From positions 384,001 to 448,000 of the forward strand of contig JBEKIW010000002.1 in NCBI GenBank assembly GCA_050011565.1: a DNA stretch of 64,000 nucleotides, read 5' to 3'. Below the pieces are notes generated by a model. The model saw nothing but the letters and a program-made list of their open reading frames with translations, was not told the origin of the DNA and searched no databases. Position numbers and translations under genes: made by a program. Positions 19,240 to 28,748 of the stretch are shown here, piece by piece (positions within the stretch are counted from its first letter, which is position 1; each line of letters opens with the position of its first letter). This DNA is from Dehalococcoidia bacterium (lineage in GTDB: Bacteria; Chloroflexota; Dehalococcoidia; GIF9; UBA5629).

Positions 19240-19266
19240 ACCACCTATCCCCGGTGGGGAAATCCC

Positions 19267-19398
19267 AAATCCTAAGCACCAAATCCTAAATAATATCAAA
19301 ATACTAATTCTCCAAATTCAGGATAGTTTATCTTTGTGCCGTTCGAATTTTGAGATTTGGATTTGTTTGATGCTTGGAATTTATTATTTATAATTTGG
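19267..19398. repeat. heptamer-based inverted repeat element, family D copy 1
   Basis: AAATCCTAAGCACCAAATCCTAAATAATATCAAAAT arm; near-identical reverse-complement arm at about 61226-61270. Confidence 0.8.
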
Positions 19399-19460
19399 GC
19401 TGCCGGGGGGATATGGTGGGCACACGAATGGTGGTATAATAGGCATCTTGGGGGAAATAG

Positions 19461-21005
19461 ATGGCCAGGTACATAATCGCCCATGATGTAGGCACCAGCG
19501 GCAATAAAGCGGTTCTGGTGGATACTAAGGGGCGCGTCCACGGTAAATGTATTGAGCCTTACAAAACGTATTTTCCGAAGCCAGGATGGGCGGAGCAGGA
19601 ACCGTCAGACTGGTGGAAGGCGGTAACGCGGACGACCAGGCTTCTCCTCGACCGGACAAATATATCTCCTAAAGACATTCTGTGCGTTACTTTCGGTACG
19701 CAGATGCTCGGCGTCATCCCCATTGACTCCAAAGGTGTGCCGCTGAGGCGTGCCATTATCTGGCTTGACAACCGCGCCGGTGAACAGGCGGAGCGGCTGA
19801 TGAGAAAATTCCTCGGACCTCGTGTCTTCGCCTTAATTGCCGGCACTGCCTTATGCGGCAAAGACGGCATGCCCAAGCTACTCTGGCTGAAAGGGGAAGA
19901 GCCTGATATTTACCACAAGATGTGTTGTTTTCTGGATACCTCGGGTTATCTTTTCTATCGCAGCACCGGCAACATGGCCATGGAGTGGACCGGCGCTTCA
20001 GTCTTCGGGCTCGACCTGAAAAAGAAAACATGGATGACCAGTATTTTCAGCTATGTCGGACTTGATACCGAGAAGCTGCCCCCGTTAGTACGATCGATCG
20101 ATAAGGTCGGTGAACTTACCAGAGAAGCTGCCAGGGAATACGGACTTTTGCCCGGCACACCGGTTATGGCTGGCGCCGGCGATGCTCCCTGCGCCGTAGT
20201 TGGCTCCGGCGCCGTCGGCGAAGGCGAAGGTCATGTTTATCTGGGAACCTCCGGCTGGGTGGGCGTGGTCACCAGGCGAATACTGCAGGGTAAATGCGGC
20301 GCCGCCACCATTCATTCGGCAGACCCCGACAAGACGTTTCTATTTGCCGAGACTGAAGCAGCCGGCGGCTGCATCCAGTGGATCGCCGACCAGTTTTACA
20401 AAGCGGAAAAAAAGGACCCGAATATACCCAATGTTTATGCTCTGATGGACGATGAGGTGGCTAAAATTCCACCGGGCTCCAATTATCTTCTTTTCACCCC
20501 CTGGATTTATGGAGAAAGAGCTCCCATTAACGATTGTTATGTCCGTGCCTCATTTCTCAACTTGAGCGCCGAGCATACCCGCGAGGATATGCTGCGTGCC
20601 GTATATGAAGGTGTGGCTTATAACATCAGGTGGATTGTGGAAATCGTAGAGAAAGAGTTCAAGTTGCCACTGCCGCAACTCAGGGTTATAGGTGGAGGCG
20701 CCAAGGGCAAACCCTGGATGCAGATAATGGCTGATGTTACCGGCAGAAAAATTGAGACCGTCTGCGACCCTCAGGAAGCTGGCGCCGTAGGTGCCGCACT
20801 GATAGCGGCGGTTGGCCTGGGAATATACCCGGACTTCGAGTCGCTGAAAAAGGTAATCAAAGTGGACAGGGTATTTGAGCCACAGCCCCGGAATTCGGAT
20901 ATTTATAATACGCTGTATGGTTCGTATCATGAAGTCTACAGTAGCTTACGTAATTTCTATAGAAGGCTGAATAAGGAGCGATTCGACAAGGCGGTGTGTG
21001 AGTAG
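19461..21005 (+). CDS. FGGY-family carbohydrate kinase (xylulokinase-like)
   Basis: AHDVGTSGNK, PGWAEQ.P.DWW, IIWLDNRA, GAGDA, YLGTSGW, GERAP, GGGAK; TG-N-TATAAT at 19432-19440. Confidence 0.93.
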   Translation: MARYIIAHDVGTSGNKAVLVDTKGRVHGKCIEPYKTYFPKPGWAEQEPSDWWKAVTRTTRLLLDRTNISPKDILCVTFGTQMLGVIPIDSKGVPLRRAIIWLDNRAGEQAERLMRKFLGPRVFALIAGTALCGKDGMPKLLWLKGEEPDIYHKMCCFLDTSGYLFYRSTGNMAMEWTGASVFGLDLKKKTWMTSIFSYVGLDTEKLPPLVRSIDKVGELTREAAREYGLLPGTPVMAGAGDAPCAVVGSGAVGEGEGHVYLGTSGWVGVVTRRILQGKCGAATIHSADPDKTFLFAETEAAGGCIQWIADQFYKAEKKDPNIPNVYALMDDEVAKIPPGSNYLLFTPWIYGERAPINDCYVRASFLNLSAEHTREDMLRAVYEGVAYNIRWIVEIVEKEFKLPLPQLRVIGGGAKGKPWMQIMADVTGRKIETVCDPQEAGAVGAALIAAVGLGIYPDFESLKKVIKVDRVFEPQPRNSDIYNTLYGSYHEVYSSLRNFYRRLNKERFDKAVCE

Positions 21006-21022
21006 ATATCCACTAATTCTTA

Positions 21023-21074
21023 TAGGGGCGAGGCTTTAGCCTCGCCCAGTGCGACCTTAAAAGGTCGCACCTAC
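21023..21074. repeat. REP-like double palindrome, family G
   Basis: GGGCGAGGCT-TT-AGCCTCGCCC and GTGCGACCTT-A-AAAGGTCGCAC; degenerate copy at about 30269-30308. Confidence 0.75.
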
Positions 21075-21144
21075 ATGAGACGATGATGAGTGATGCTAAA
21101 CAAGGGAAAGATTCGATAAGACAGTGTGTGAAGGAGGTGTTTAA

Positions 21145-22455
21145 ATGAATGGCGATGATATTTTGAGCCTGCCCATTGCCCTGCCCGACGGCGTGGATTA
21201 TGACGACTACGTTATCGGCACCTATCTGGTCTCTTATCCAGCCTCGCTGCCTCTCCCTATAATTGCGCCTTTCCTGGCTATCGAGCAGAGCACGGGGACG
21301 TGGGTGGCTGTGCCCGGCGAGACCGAGGAAGTCCGACGTCAGCATATCGCCAAGGTGGTGGGTGTTTATGAAATGCCCGACTACGAGTCCACCGTGCCGG
21401 CGAATCTACAGACCAGGCAGTGGTTCGTCCAGGTGGCTTATCCCGAGGTAAACATCGGTGAGCAGATACCCATGCTGCTGACCACAGTGGTGGGCAACAT
21501 CTCCATGGGCGGCGAAATAAAGCTGGTGGACATGCGTTTTCCGAAGAAATTCGCTGCCGGTTTCAAGGGCCCCAAATTCGGCGTCGACGGCATACGTAAG
21601 CTTCTGGGAATTCCGAAGCGACCACTGCTAAATAACATGATAAAGCCCTGCACCGGCTATACCTGCGAAGTCGGGGCTGAACTGTTTCGCAAAGCGGCCG
21701 CCGGCGGCTGCGACATCGTTAAGGACGACGAGCTTATTGCCGACGCCTCGTTCAACTCGGCGCTGGAGCGCGTCAAGCTTTATATGCAGGTTGAGAAGCA
21801 GGTCTTCGAGGAAACCGGTGAACATACGCTGTACACAGTGAATGTAACGGATAAAATACCAAAGGTCTTCGAGACTGCCAAACGCGCCGTGGAATTGGGC
21901 TGCAACGCGCTGATGATAAACTACCTGGCTGTCGGCTTTCCGGTGTTGCAGGCGCTGGCTGAAGACACCAGCCTGAATGTGCCCATACTGGCACATATGG
22001 ACGTGGCCGGCGCTCTGTACATGTCGCCTTATCACGGCATGAGCTCTCATCTGGTGCTGGGCAAATTGCCGCGGCTAGCAGGCGCCGACGTAGTTGTTAT
22101 CCCCGCCCCCTACGGCAAGGCGCCGGTAATTGACTATAAGTTCAAAAATGTTGCCCGAAACCTGTTATTCCCGCTATATAACCTGAAGCCCACGTTCCCC
22201 ATGGCATCGGGCGGCATCACCCCGTCCATGGTGCCGCAGGTGATGATGGCGCTGGGCAATGACATAGTCATAGGTTCCGGAGGCGGCATTCATGCGCATC
22301 CCCAGGGTGCCATCGCCGGAGGCAAAGCCTTCCGGCAGGCGATAGATGCTACCATGCAGGGCATTCCGCTGGCCGACTATGCCAAGGAGCATGAGGAGCT
22401 GGCGATTTCACTAAAGGAGTGGGTCGACCCGTTCAGCAGAGGAATCAGAATTTGA
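21145..22455 (+). CDS. RuBisCO-like protein (form IV)
   Basis: EQSTGTW, GPKFG, IKPCTG (K177 replaced by C), VKDDE, AHM (R295 replaced), YGK, ASGG, GGGIHAHP.G. Confidence 0.92.
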   Translation: MNGDDILSLPIALPDGVDYDDYVIGTYLVSYPASLPLPIIAPFLAIEQSTGTWVAVPGETEEVRRQHIAKVVGVYEMPDYESTVPANLQTRQWFVQVAYPEVNIGEQIPMLLTTVVGNISMGGEIKLVDMRFPKKFAAGFKGPKFGVDGIRKLLGIPKRPLLNNMIKPCTGYTCEVGAELFRKAAAGGCDIVKDDELIADASFNSALERVKLYMQVEKQVFEETGEHTLYTVNVTDKIPKVFETAKRAVELGCNALMINYLAVGFPVLQALAEDTSLNVPILAHMDVAGALYMSPYHGMSSHLVLGKLPRLAGADVVVIPAPYGKAPVIDYKFKNVARNLLFPLYNLKPTFPMASGGITPSMVPQVMMALGNDIVIGSGGGIHAHPQGAIAGGKAFRQAIDATMQGIPLADYAKEHEELAISLKEWVDPFSRGIRI

Positions 22456-22468
22456 AAGGAGCAGTAAG

Positions 22469-23686
22469 ATGTCTAAAGTTACGGTTTTAGGCGGCAGTGG
22501 TGCGGTTGGCAGCATAGCCTCGGAGACGCTGGCTTCGAGCGGTGTATTCTCCGAAGTAACGGTGGCTGATATAAATATTGCAGCCGCCAGAAAGGTAGCC
22601 GGCAAGCTAAAGGGGAGTAAGGTCTCTGCTGTCGAATTCGATGCCGATGGCCCCCAGAGCCTGAGAAAGGTAATCGGCGGCTCATCAGTGGTACTGAACT
22701 GCGTGGGTCCTTTCTACAAGTACGGGCCCACCATACTAAAAACGGTGATAGAAGCCAGAATAAACTATGTTGATATCTGTGATGATTTCGATGCTACCGA
22801 GAAGCTGCTGGCAATGGATGACAAGGCCAAGAAAGCCGGCGTTTCAGCGCTCATCGGCATGGGCAGCTCTCCCGGCGTAGCTAATATTCTGGTCAGGTTC
22901 TGCGCTGATTCCCTGCTCGACCAGGTGGAGGCGGTGGATATATACCACGCCCACGGCGGCGAAAAAATTGAAGGACCGGCGGTAGTGAAACACCGGATTC
23001 ATTCCATGCAGATAGGTATTCCGATGTTCCTCGACGGCAAATTTACTACCGTGAATCTATTTGACGACAGCGGCAAGGCATTGGAAGAGGAGGCCGAGTT
23101 TAAAGATGTCGGCACCTACAACGTCTACGGCTATCCGCATCCCGAGACAATAACCCTGCCTAAATATTTGAAGGGTTTGAAGAGGGTAACCAACCTGGGG
23201 CTGGTGCTGCCTCCGGCTTACGCCGAGCTGATAAAGGGTATGGTCAGGCTGGGCGTTACCGATGAGAAACCCATCGAAGTACAGGGCCATAAGATTGTGC
23301 CGCTGGAATTTGCCGTAGCCTATATACTTTCCCAGCGGGAGAGATTGCTGAAAGAGGCCGGGATTAACCAGCCTATGGGCTGCTTGAAGATCGTGGTTAA
23401 AGGGGTCAAGGACGGCGGCAAGAACACTTATATCTTCTCCATGTCTTCCCGGGGGCAGGGTATGGGCGAAGGCACGGGCATACCGGCCGCTATTGGCGCC
23501 ATAATTATGGGTACGGGAAAGATTACGCTGAAAGGCGTTTTGCCGCCCGAGGCCTGCGTCAACCCCATGGACCTGCTGGAGCTGGCTAAGACCAAAGTAA
23601 AGACGGTTGGCGGCAAGGGCTTCCCCATTTCCATCGAGCATATCGATAAGGACGGCAAGTCGCAGAAGTTGAACCTGTTTAGCTAG
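22469..23686 (+). CDS. saccharopine dehydrogenase-like NAD(P)-dependent oxidoreductase
   Basis: GGSGAVG, NCVGPFY, YVDICDD, GMGSSPG, HPETITLP, GVLPPEA. Confidence 0.88.
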   Translation: MSKVTVLGGSGAVGSIASETLASSGVFSEVTVADINIAAARKVAGKLKGSKVSAVEFDADGPQSLRKVIGGSSVVLNCVGPFYKYGPTILKTVIEARINYVDICDDFDATEKLLAMDDKAKKAGVSALIGMGSSPGVANILVRFCADSLLDQVEAVDIYHAHGGEKIEGPAVVKHRIHSMQIGIPMFLDGKFTTVNLFDDSGKALEEEAEFKDVGTYNVYGYPHPETITLPKYLKGLKRVTNLGLVLPPAYAELIKGMVRLGVTDEKPIEVQGHKIVPLEFAVAYILSQRERLLKEAGINQPMGCLKIVVKGVKDGGKNTYIFSMSSRGQGMGEGTGIPAAIGAIIMGTGKITLKGVLPPEACVNPMDLLELAKTKVKTVGGKGFPISIEHIDKDGKSQKLNLFS

Positions 23687-23688
23687 TG

Positions 23689-23823
23689 AAATCCCCCTTA
23701 ACCCCCCTTTTTCTAAGGGGGAGATGAATTTTTACCTTTTTCTAAGGGGGAGATAAGCTTTTACCTTTTCTAAAGGACGAAATAAACCTCTCCCTTTCGT
23801 AAAGGGAGATTGAGAGGGATTTT
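23689..23823. repeat. cluster of four CCC(C)TT...AAGGG(G) palindromic units (family A) directly upstream of the DUF559 gene
   Basis: AAATCCCCCTTAACCCCCCTTTTTCTAAGGGGGAGA ... CTCTCCCTTTCGTAAAGGGAGATTGAGAGGGATTTT. Confidence 0.85.
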
Positions 23824-23829
23824 ATTAAA

Positions 23830-24189
23830 ATGCTAACCTACAACAATAGACTGGCAAGCTATAGCCGTGAACTGAGAAAGAATATGACGGATGCCGAACG
23901 GTATCTCTGGTCTAAGGTAAGGATGCGACAAGTAGGAGGCTGCCAATTCTATAGGCAGAGAATTATAGGTGATTACATAGTGGACTTTTTTTGCCCCAGA
24001 GCAAAACTGGTAATTGAAGTCGATGGTGGCCAGCATAGTTCTGATGAGATTACCGCTGCAGATGAAGAGAGGGATGAATATTTGAAAAGCAAAGGTTTGA
24101 AAGTGATAAGATTTAATAATATTGAAGTTCTCAGGAATATTGAAGGGGTGGTGGAAAAAATACTTGAGAATATGAGGTATATCAGGTAG
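23830..24189 (+). CDS. DUF559 (Vsr-like) endonuclease
   Basis: SRELRKNMTDAE..LW..., FYRQ..IGDYIVDFFC...KLVIEVDG.QH...RD.YL...G.KVIRF.N. Confidence 0.92.
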   Translation: MLTYNNRLASYSRELRKNMTDAERYLWSKVRMRQVGGCQFYRQRIIGDYIVDFFCPRAKLVIEVDGGQHSSDEITAADEERDEYLKSKGLKVIRFNNIEVLRNIEGVVEKILENMRYIR

Positions 24190-24240
24190 CTCCCCATAAT
24201 CCTCCTCACCTTTGACTTTTGGCCTTTAAATTTTTACTTT

Positions 24241-25110
24241 ATGTCCATGACCATCCGTGAAACCATCCGCCGTCGGTTCAGCGTCCGGCATTACCAACCA
24301 AAACCGGTGCCGGAAGACATCTTAAAGGCTGTTGAAAAATCCGGTGAAACATCCCTGGCTCTGGCCGACGGCATTAAAGCCCGCTTCCACTTAATCAACG
24401 AGGGCAGGCTGGTGGCGGAGCAGATGACCTTTCAAACCGGCAGACGGTGGCTCTTCGGCTCAGCGCCGCACTTCATCATAGCCACCTCGGAGGAAAAGCC
24501 CCTGTTTATGTTGAACATGGGCTTCCGCATGGAGCAGGTGATGCTTTTTGCCACCACGCAGGGCCTGGGCACTTGCTGGATTGGCGGCCTGTTCACCGAG
24601 AAGCGAATCGGGACCTTTTTAGGATTGGATAAAGGCGAGCGCGTCATCGCCCTGACGCCGCTCGGCTATCCCGATGTCTCGTCCTACGGGCGGGCTATAC
24701 ACAGCATCGTTCACCTGGGCGGGCCGGATTCCAGGCGGAGGCAGCCTCTGGAGCAGATAGTCTTCGGCTCCCGGTGGGGTACGCCGCTTGAGACTAAGGG
24801 CAACGAGCTTCTGGAAGTTTTGGAATGCACCCGCCTGGCGCCGTCGTGGGCAAATACGCAGCCCTGGCGCTTTTTAGTGAATGGCAGGGAAATAATAGCT
24901 GTTGCCGACGCCAGCGGCAGAAACCTTTCCGTCCGCGATGGAAAGCATTATTATCGCCTCGACCTCGGCATCGCCATGGCGCATTTCTACCTGTCGGCTA
25001 AAGAGCTGGGCTGGAAAGGAAGCTGGCAGGTTACCGGCTTCGACCCGGCGCAGGTGGCTAAACAGCACGCCATTCCCGCCGGCTTTGAGGTGCTGGGGAT
25101 ATACAGGTGA
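24241..25110 (+). CDS. nitroreductase-family protein with tandem domains
   Basis: RRFSVRHY, GLGTCWIGG, RLAPSWANTQPWRF, DLGIAMAHF. Confidence 0.88.
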   Translation: MSMTIRETIRRRFSVRHYQPKPVPEDILKAVEKSGETSLALADGIKARFHLINEGRLVAEQMTFQTGRRWLFGSAPHFIIATSEEKPLFMLNMGFRMEQVMLFATTQGLGTCWIGGLFTEKRIGTFLGLDKGERVIALTPLGYPDVSSYGRAIHSIVHLGGPDSRRRQPLEQIVFGSRWGTPLETKGNELLEVLECTRLAPSWANTQPWRFLVNGREIIAVADASGRNLSVRDGKHYYRLDLGIAMAHFYLSAKELGWKGSWQVTGFDPAQVAKQHAIPAGFEVLGIYR

Positions 25111-25181
25111 TAGGCTATTCATTTTTGCAATAGCTTGCCCGTTAGGGTTATCATTGGTTACATCAAGAAGAAGAGTAAGAA

Positions 25182-25727
25182 ATGAAAAAGAAATCAATCA
25201 CCGTGGCGGTAAGCGGAGCCTTCGACCCCATACACGTAGGTCATATTGCCTACCTGCGTGAAGCGGCCAAACTGGGTGACAGGCTGGTGGTGATATTGAA
25301 CAACGACATTTTTCTGCTCAGGAAAAAAGGGTTTGTGTTCCGGCCGTTCGAGGACAGAAAAGAGATACTGGAGAACATTAAGGGTGTAGATGAGGTTATC
25401 GCGTCTATAGATGACGACCAGACAGTCTGTAAAACCCTGGAACTGCTCAAGCCCGATATATTCGCCAAAGGAGGCTATCGGACGGGCCCCGAAAATATTC
25501 CCGAAGCCGAGACCTGCCGCGCCATCGGCTGCAAGGTAGTCACCATGGTCGGCGGCGGCAAACTTCGCGCCGATGAGGAGTTGGACTCAAAGCTTAAGGG
25601 ATTTGGCAGGCACGAGGAAGGCACGGTTGAAATCGACTGCCCCTACTGTGACGACCATCCCATATTAAAAGAGAGATGTCTCCACTGCAAAGGCAAGGGC
25701 AAGGTGGATGTGGGGAAGGCGGACTAA
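25182..25727 (+). CDS. cytidylyltransferase-family (HIGH) protein with C-terminal Zn finger
   Basis: SGAFDPIHVGH, LRKKG, KPDIFAKGG; tail CPYC-x9-CLHCKGKG. Confidence 0.85.
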   Translation: MKKKSITVAVSGAFDPIHVGHIAYLREAAKLGDRLVVILNNDIFLLRKKGFVFRPFEDRKEILENIKGVDEVIASIDDDQTVCKTLELLKPDIFAKGGYRTGPENIPEAETCRAIGCKVVTMVGGGKLRADEELDSKLKGFGRHEEGTVEIDCPYCDDHPILKERCLHCKGKGKVDVGKAD

Positions 25728-25753
25728 GTTATAATCCCACGCCCGCAACGGCT

Positions 25754-26320
25754 TTACTTCTGAGTTTCTATTGGCACTCTTCGGCGATAGGCATAGCGTT
25801 TTTGCGTCCACAGGCCGGTGAAGAAGGCCCGGTTCATCAGATACCGGTTATCGGCCACACTCAGCAGGTCCTTGGAGACGCCGGTCTCGAAGTAAGCCAC
25901 CTCGACATGCTTACCCATGTTCTTTACCGCTTGAAGTGCATAGGCGAAGTCGGCGTCACCGCTCACCAGCACTGCCACGTCGTAGAAGTCGTTCCAGGCA
26001 AAATACAGCAGGTCCGTAGCCAGCATGATATCTATGCCCTTCTCCACCGGTATTCCCTGTGACACCTTCATGCCTCCCAGCCGAATCTCCAGATACGGTG
26101 TCTTGCGCAGTATATCGAGGAATTCCTGTTGGTCTCGATAGCCGTCGGGCTTTTGTGTCGGGTCCTGTAAGACGTTGTAATAATATGTCCGGAACAATCG
26201 CCTGGCGCCGCATAGCTTATTGGAAAATTCAGAGAAGTTGATGTTGTGATGCCCGAAGCTACCCCGCAGACCGTGATATAAATTGCTGCCGTCTATGAAA
26301 ATGGCTACTCTGTCGTCCAT
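25754..26320 (-). CDS. NYN/LabA (DUF88) domain protein
   Basis: FIDGSNLY, EKGIDI.LA.D, LVSGDADF. Confidence 0.92.
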   Translation of the reverse strand: MDDRVAIFIDGSNLYHGLRGSFGHHNINFSEFSNKLCGARRLFRTYYYNVLQDPTQKPDGYRDQQEFLDILRKTPYLEIRLGGMKVSQGIPVEKGIDIMLATDLLYFAWNDFYDVAVLVSGDADFAYALQAVKNMGKHVEVAYFETGVSKDLLSVADNRYLMNRAFFTGLWTQKRYAYRRRVPIETQK

Positions 26321-26397
26321 TACATCCTCCCTTAAGACCGGCTAAAAGCCTTTGATAATTGCATTATAACACCGAATATGGGGAGACGTATATGAGT

Positions 26398-26594
26398 GAA
26401 AGTCAAAGGTTAAAAGCAAAAAATAAAAGGTTCACGTCAAAATTTGATAGTTATTTTTGATTTTTTACATGTACCTTTGACTTTTGGCCTTTAACTTTTA
26501 ACTTGTTGACCCCCGCTCATTCTGAGCTTGTCGAAGAATGTACCTTTTTGACTTTCGACTTGTACCTTTGACTTTTGGCCTTTAACTTTTAACT
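26398..26594. repeat. heptameric TTT(G/A)AC(T/C) inverted array (family C) enclosing a family E unit
   Basis: TTTGACTTTTGGCCTTTAACTTTTAACTT repeated; related tracts at 24210-24240, 30416-30573, 32676-32757, 62451-62650. Confidence 0.8.
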
Positions 26595-28420
26595 TAACTC
26601 TCTCGGCTGGCGGTGTGGCGGGCTCTGGCGCGCTGGTTCTGTGTCAGCAACCGCTTGCGCAGCCTGATGTTGGCCGGCGTCACCTCGATAAGCTCGTCGT
26701 CGCTGATAATGCCCAGAGATTCTTCTAGGCTGAATTTCACCGCCGGCGTCAACTTGATGGCAATATCTGATGTGGAAGCCCGGATATTGGTCTGTTTTTT
26801 CTCCTTGGCCACGTTGACCGCCAGGTCGGTCCCACGGGCATGCATGCCCACTATCATACCCTCGTACACGGCGGTGCCCGGCTCGATGAATGTTATGCCT
26901 CTTCCCTGGGCATTGTTTAATCCGTAGGTAACGGCGGTACCGGCTTCGGAAGCCACCAGCATGCCGCTGCGGGTGGAAACGATATCTCCATACCAGGGCT
27001 CATATCCCAGGAACAAGGTGCTCATAATGCCCTCGCCCCGGGTGGCGGTCAAAAACATGCTGCGGAAGCCGATCAGGCCGCGCGTGGGGATGTGAAATTC
27101 CAGTCGCACATTGCCCTGCCCGTCGTTGCGCATATTGGCCAATCTCGCCTGGCGCGTGCTCAAAATTTCCATAAGCGCACCCACGTGTTCTTCGCGCGTA
27201 TCGATGGTCAGCTCTTCCACGGGTTCCATAAGCGTGCCGTTTATTTCTTTGGTTATAACTTCAGGCTTTGAAATTTCAAACTCGAAGTCCTGGCGGCGCA
27301 TAGTCTCGATAAGTATTGCCAGGTGCAGCTCGCCTCTGCCGGATACCAGGAAAATATCGGGAGTTTCGGTATCCTGCACCCTCAGGCTGAGATTTGTTTC
27401 CAGCTCCCGATAAAGCCTTTCCCGGAGCTGCCTCGAGGTGCCGTATTTGCCTTCTCTGCCGGCGAGCGGTGAACTATTCACGCCGAACATCATTTTTAAT
27501 GTAGGTTCGCCTATCTCTATACGGGGCAGTGCCTCCGGCTGGTCGGGACTGGCTATGGTATCGCCGATACTTACTATTTCCACGCCGGTTATGGCCACGA
27601 TATCGCCGGCGGTTGCCTCCTCAACTTCCGGTTGGTCGAGGCCCAAGAAGGTGAACACCTGGTTCACCTCGTAGTTCTGGGTGCTGCCGTCAGCGCCGAT
27701 AACGGCCACCTTATCGTGCGGCTTAACGCTGCCGCGGTAAATTTTGCCGATGGCTAGCTTGCCTTTGTAGCTGCTATAGTCCAGGTTGGATACCAGCATC
27801 TGGAAAGGTCCGGCCTCGATGCCGGGCGGCGGCACCTTATGGAGTATAGATTCGAACAATGGTATAAGGTCTTCGCCTTCTTTCTCCGGGTCGGTGCTAG
27901 CTGTGCCGTCCCTGGCGCTGGCGTACAGTACCGGAAAATCGAGCTGGTCGGCGTCGGTGACTAACTCCAGAAACAGGTCCTGAGTCAGCCGGACCACCTC
28001 GGGTATCCTGGAATTTACCCTGTCAATTTTATTAATGACCACAATCGGTTTCAGCTTCTTAGCCAGTGCCTGCTTCAGCACAAACCTGGTCTGGGGCATC
28101 GGTCCATCGATAGAATCGACCAGCAGCAGGCAGCCGTCTGCCATATTCATGACGCGCTCCACTTCGCCGCTGAAATCGGCGTGGCCCGGGGTATCTATGA
28201 TATTTATCTTTACGCCGAGGTAGATTACGGCGGTGTTCTTGGCCAGTATGGTAATGCCCTTCTCCCGTTCCAGCGCGTTCCGGTCGAGTATCAAATTGCC
28301 CACCTGCTGGTTATCACGGAAGATTTTGCTTTGTTTCAGCATCATATCCACCAGGCTCGTCTTGCCATGGTCGACATGGGCGATTATGACAATATTTCTT
28401 AAATCGTCTCGATAGTTCAT
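26594..28420 (-). CDS. typA: translational GTPase TypA/BipA
   Basis: AHVDHGKTS, LEREKGITILAK, DTPGHADF, SGRGELHL.ILIETMRR, EVTP..IRLRK. Confidence 0.97.
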   Translation of the reverse strand: MNYRDDLRNIVIIAHVDHGKTSLVDMMLKQSKIFRDNQQVGNLILDRNALEREKGITILAKNTAVIYLGVKINIIDTPGHADFSGEVERVMNMADGCLLLVDSIDGPMPQTRFVLKQALAKKLKPIVVINKIDRVNSRIPEVVRLTQDLFLELVTDADQLDFPVLYASARDGTASTDPEKEGEDLIPLFESILHKVPPPGIEAGPFQMLVSNLDYSSYKGKLAIGKIYRGSVKPHDKVAVIGADGSTQNYEVNQVFTFLGLDQPEVEEATAGDIVAITGVEIVSIGDTIASPDQPEALPRIEIGEPTLKMMFGVNSSPLAGREGKYGTSRQLRERLYRELETNLSLRVQDTETPDIFLVSGRGELHLAILIETMRRQDFEFEISKPEVITKEINGTLMEPVEELTIDTREEHVGALMEILSTRQARLANMRNDGQGNVRLEFHIPTRGLIGFRSMFLTATRGEGIMSTLFLGYEPWYGDIVSTRSGMLVASEAGTAVTYGLNNAQGRGITFIEPGTAVYEGMIVGMHARGTDLAVNVAKEKKQTNIRASTSDIAIKLTPAVKFSLEESLGIISDDELIEVTPANIRLRKRLLTQNQRARARHTASRES

Positions 28421-28490
28421 ACCGATACGTATTTTAAGCGATTTCACACCCCGATAGCCAATTTAATGAACCTCTCCTTCTATGTCATCG

Positions 28491-28661
28491 CGGGAAGTTT
28501 AAGCGGGGCGCAGCCCCTCTTAGAAAAAATGTATCCCCTCTCCCGTGGGAGGAAGGGTGGGCAGGCATCCAGCGAGGATTTATTCCCGCTGGGATAAGGG
28601 GAGAGGGATAGGGCAGGGTGAGGGTGAAAAGTAAAAGTAAAGGGAGATTGAGAGGGATTTT
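28491..28661. repeat. composite palindromic repeat element (family B plus family A)
   Basis: A ~49 bp core is the reverse complement of 62521-62569 (1 mismatch); GGGGCGCAGCCCCTCTTAGAAAA is shared with 38195-38218. Confidence 0.8.
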
Positions 28662-28748
28662 CTCGAAGGAGTCATTAACTGTAGCCGGGATTTCCCCGTG
28701 AACCCGGATTGGAGCGATGGCGAACATCATACTTGATGCATTCTGGCT

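Noticed and set aside
21145-22455. Bona fide RuBisCO or Calvin cycle
   Set aside because: K177, R295 and H327 equivalents are substituted; no prk or small subunit nearby
28485-28730. 81-aa Pro/Leu-rich ORF
   Set aside because: It is a translation of palindromic repeat DNA
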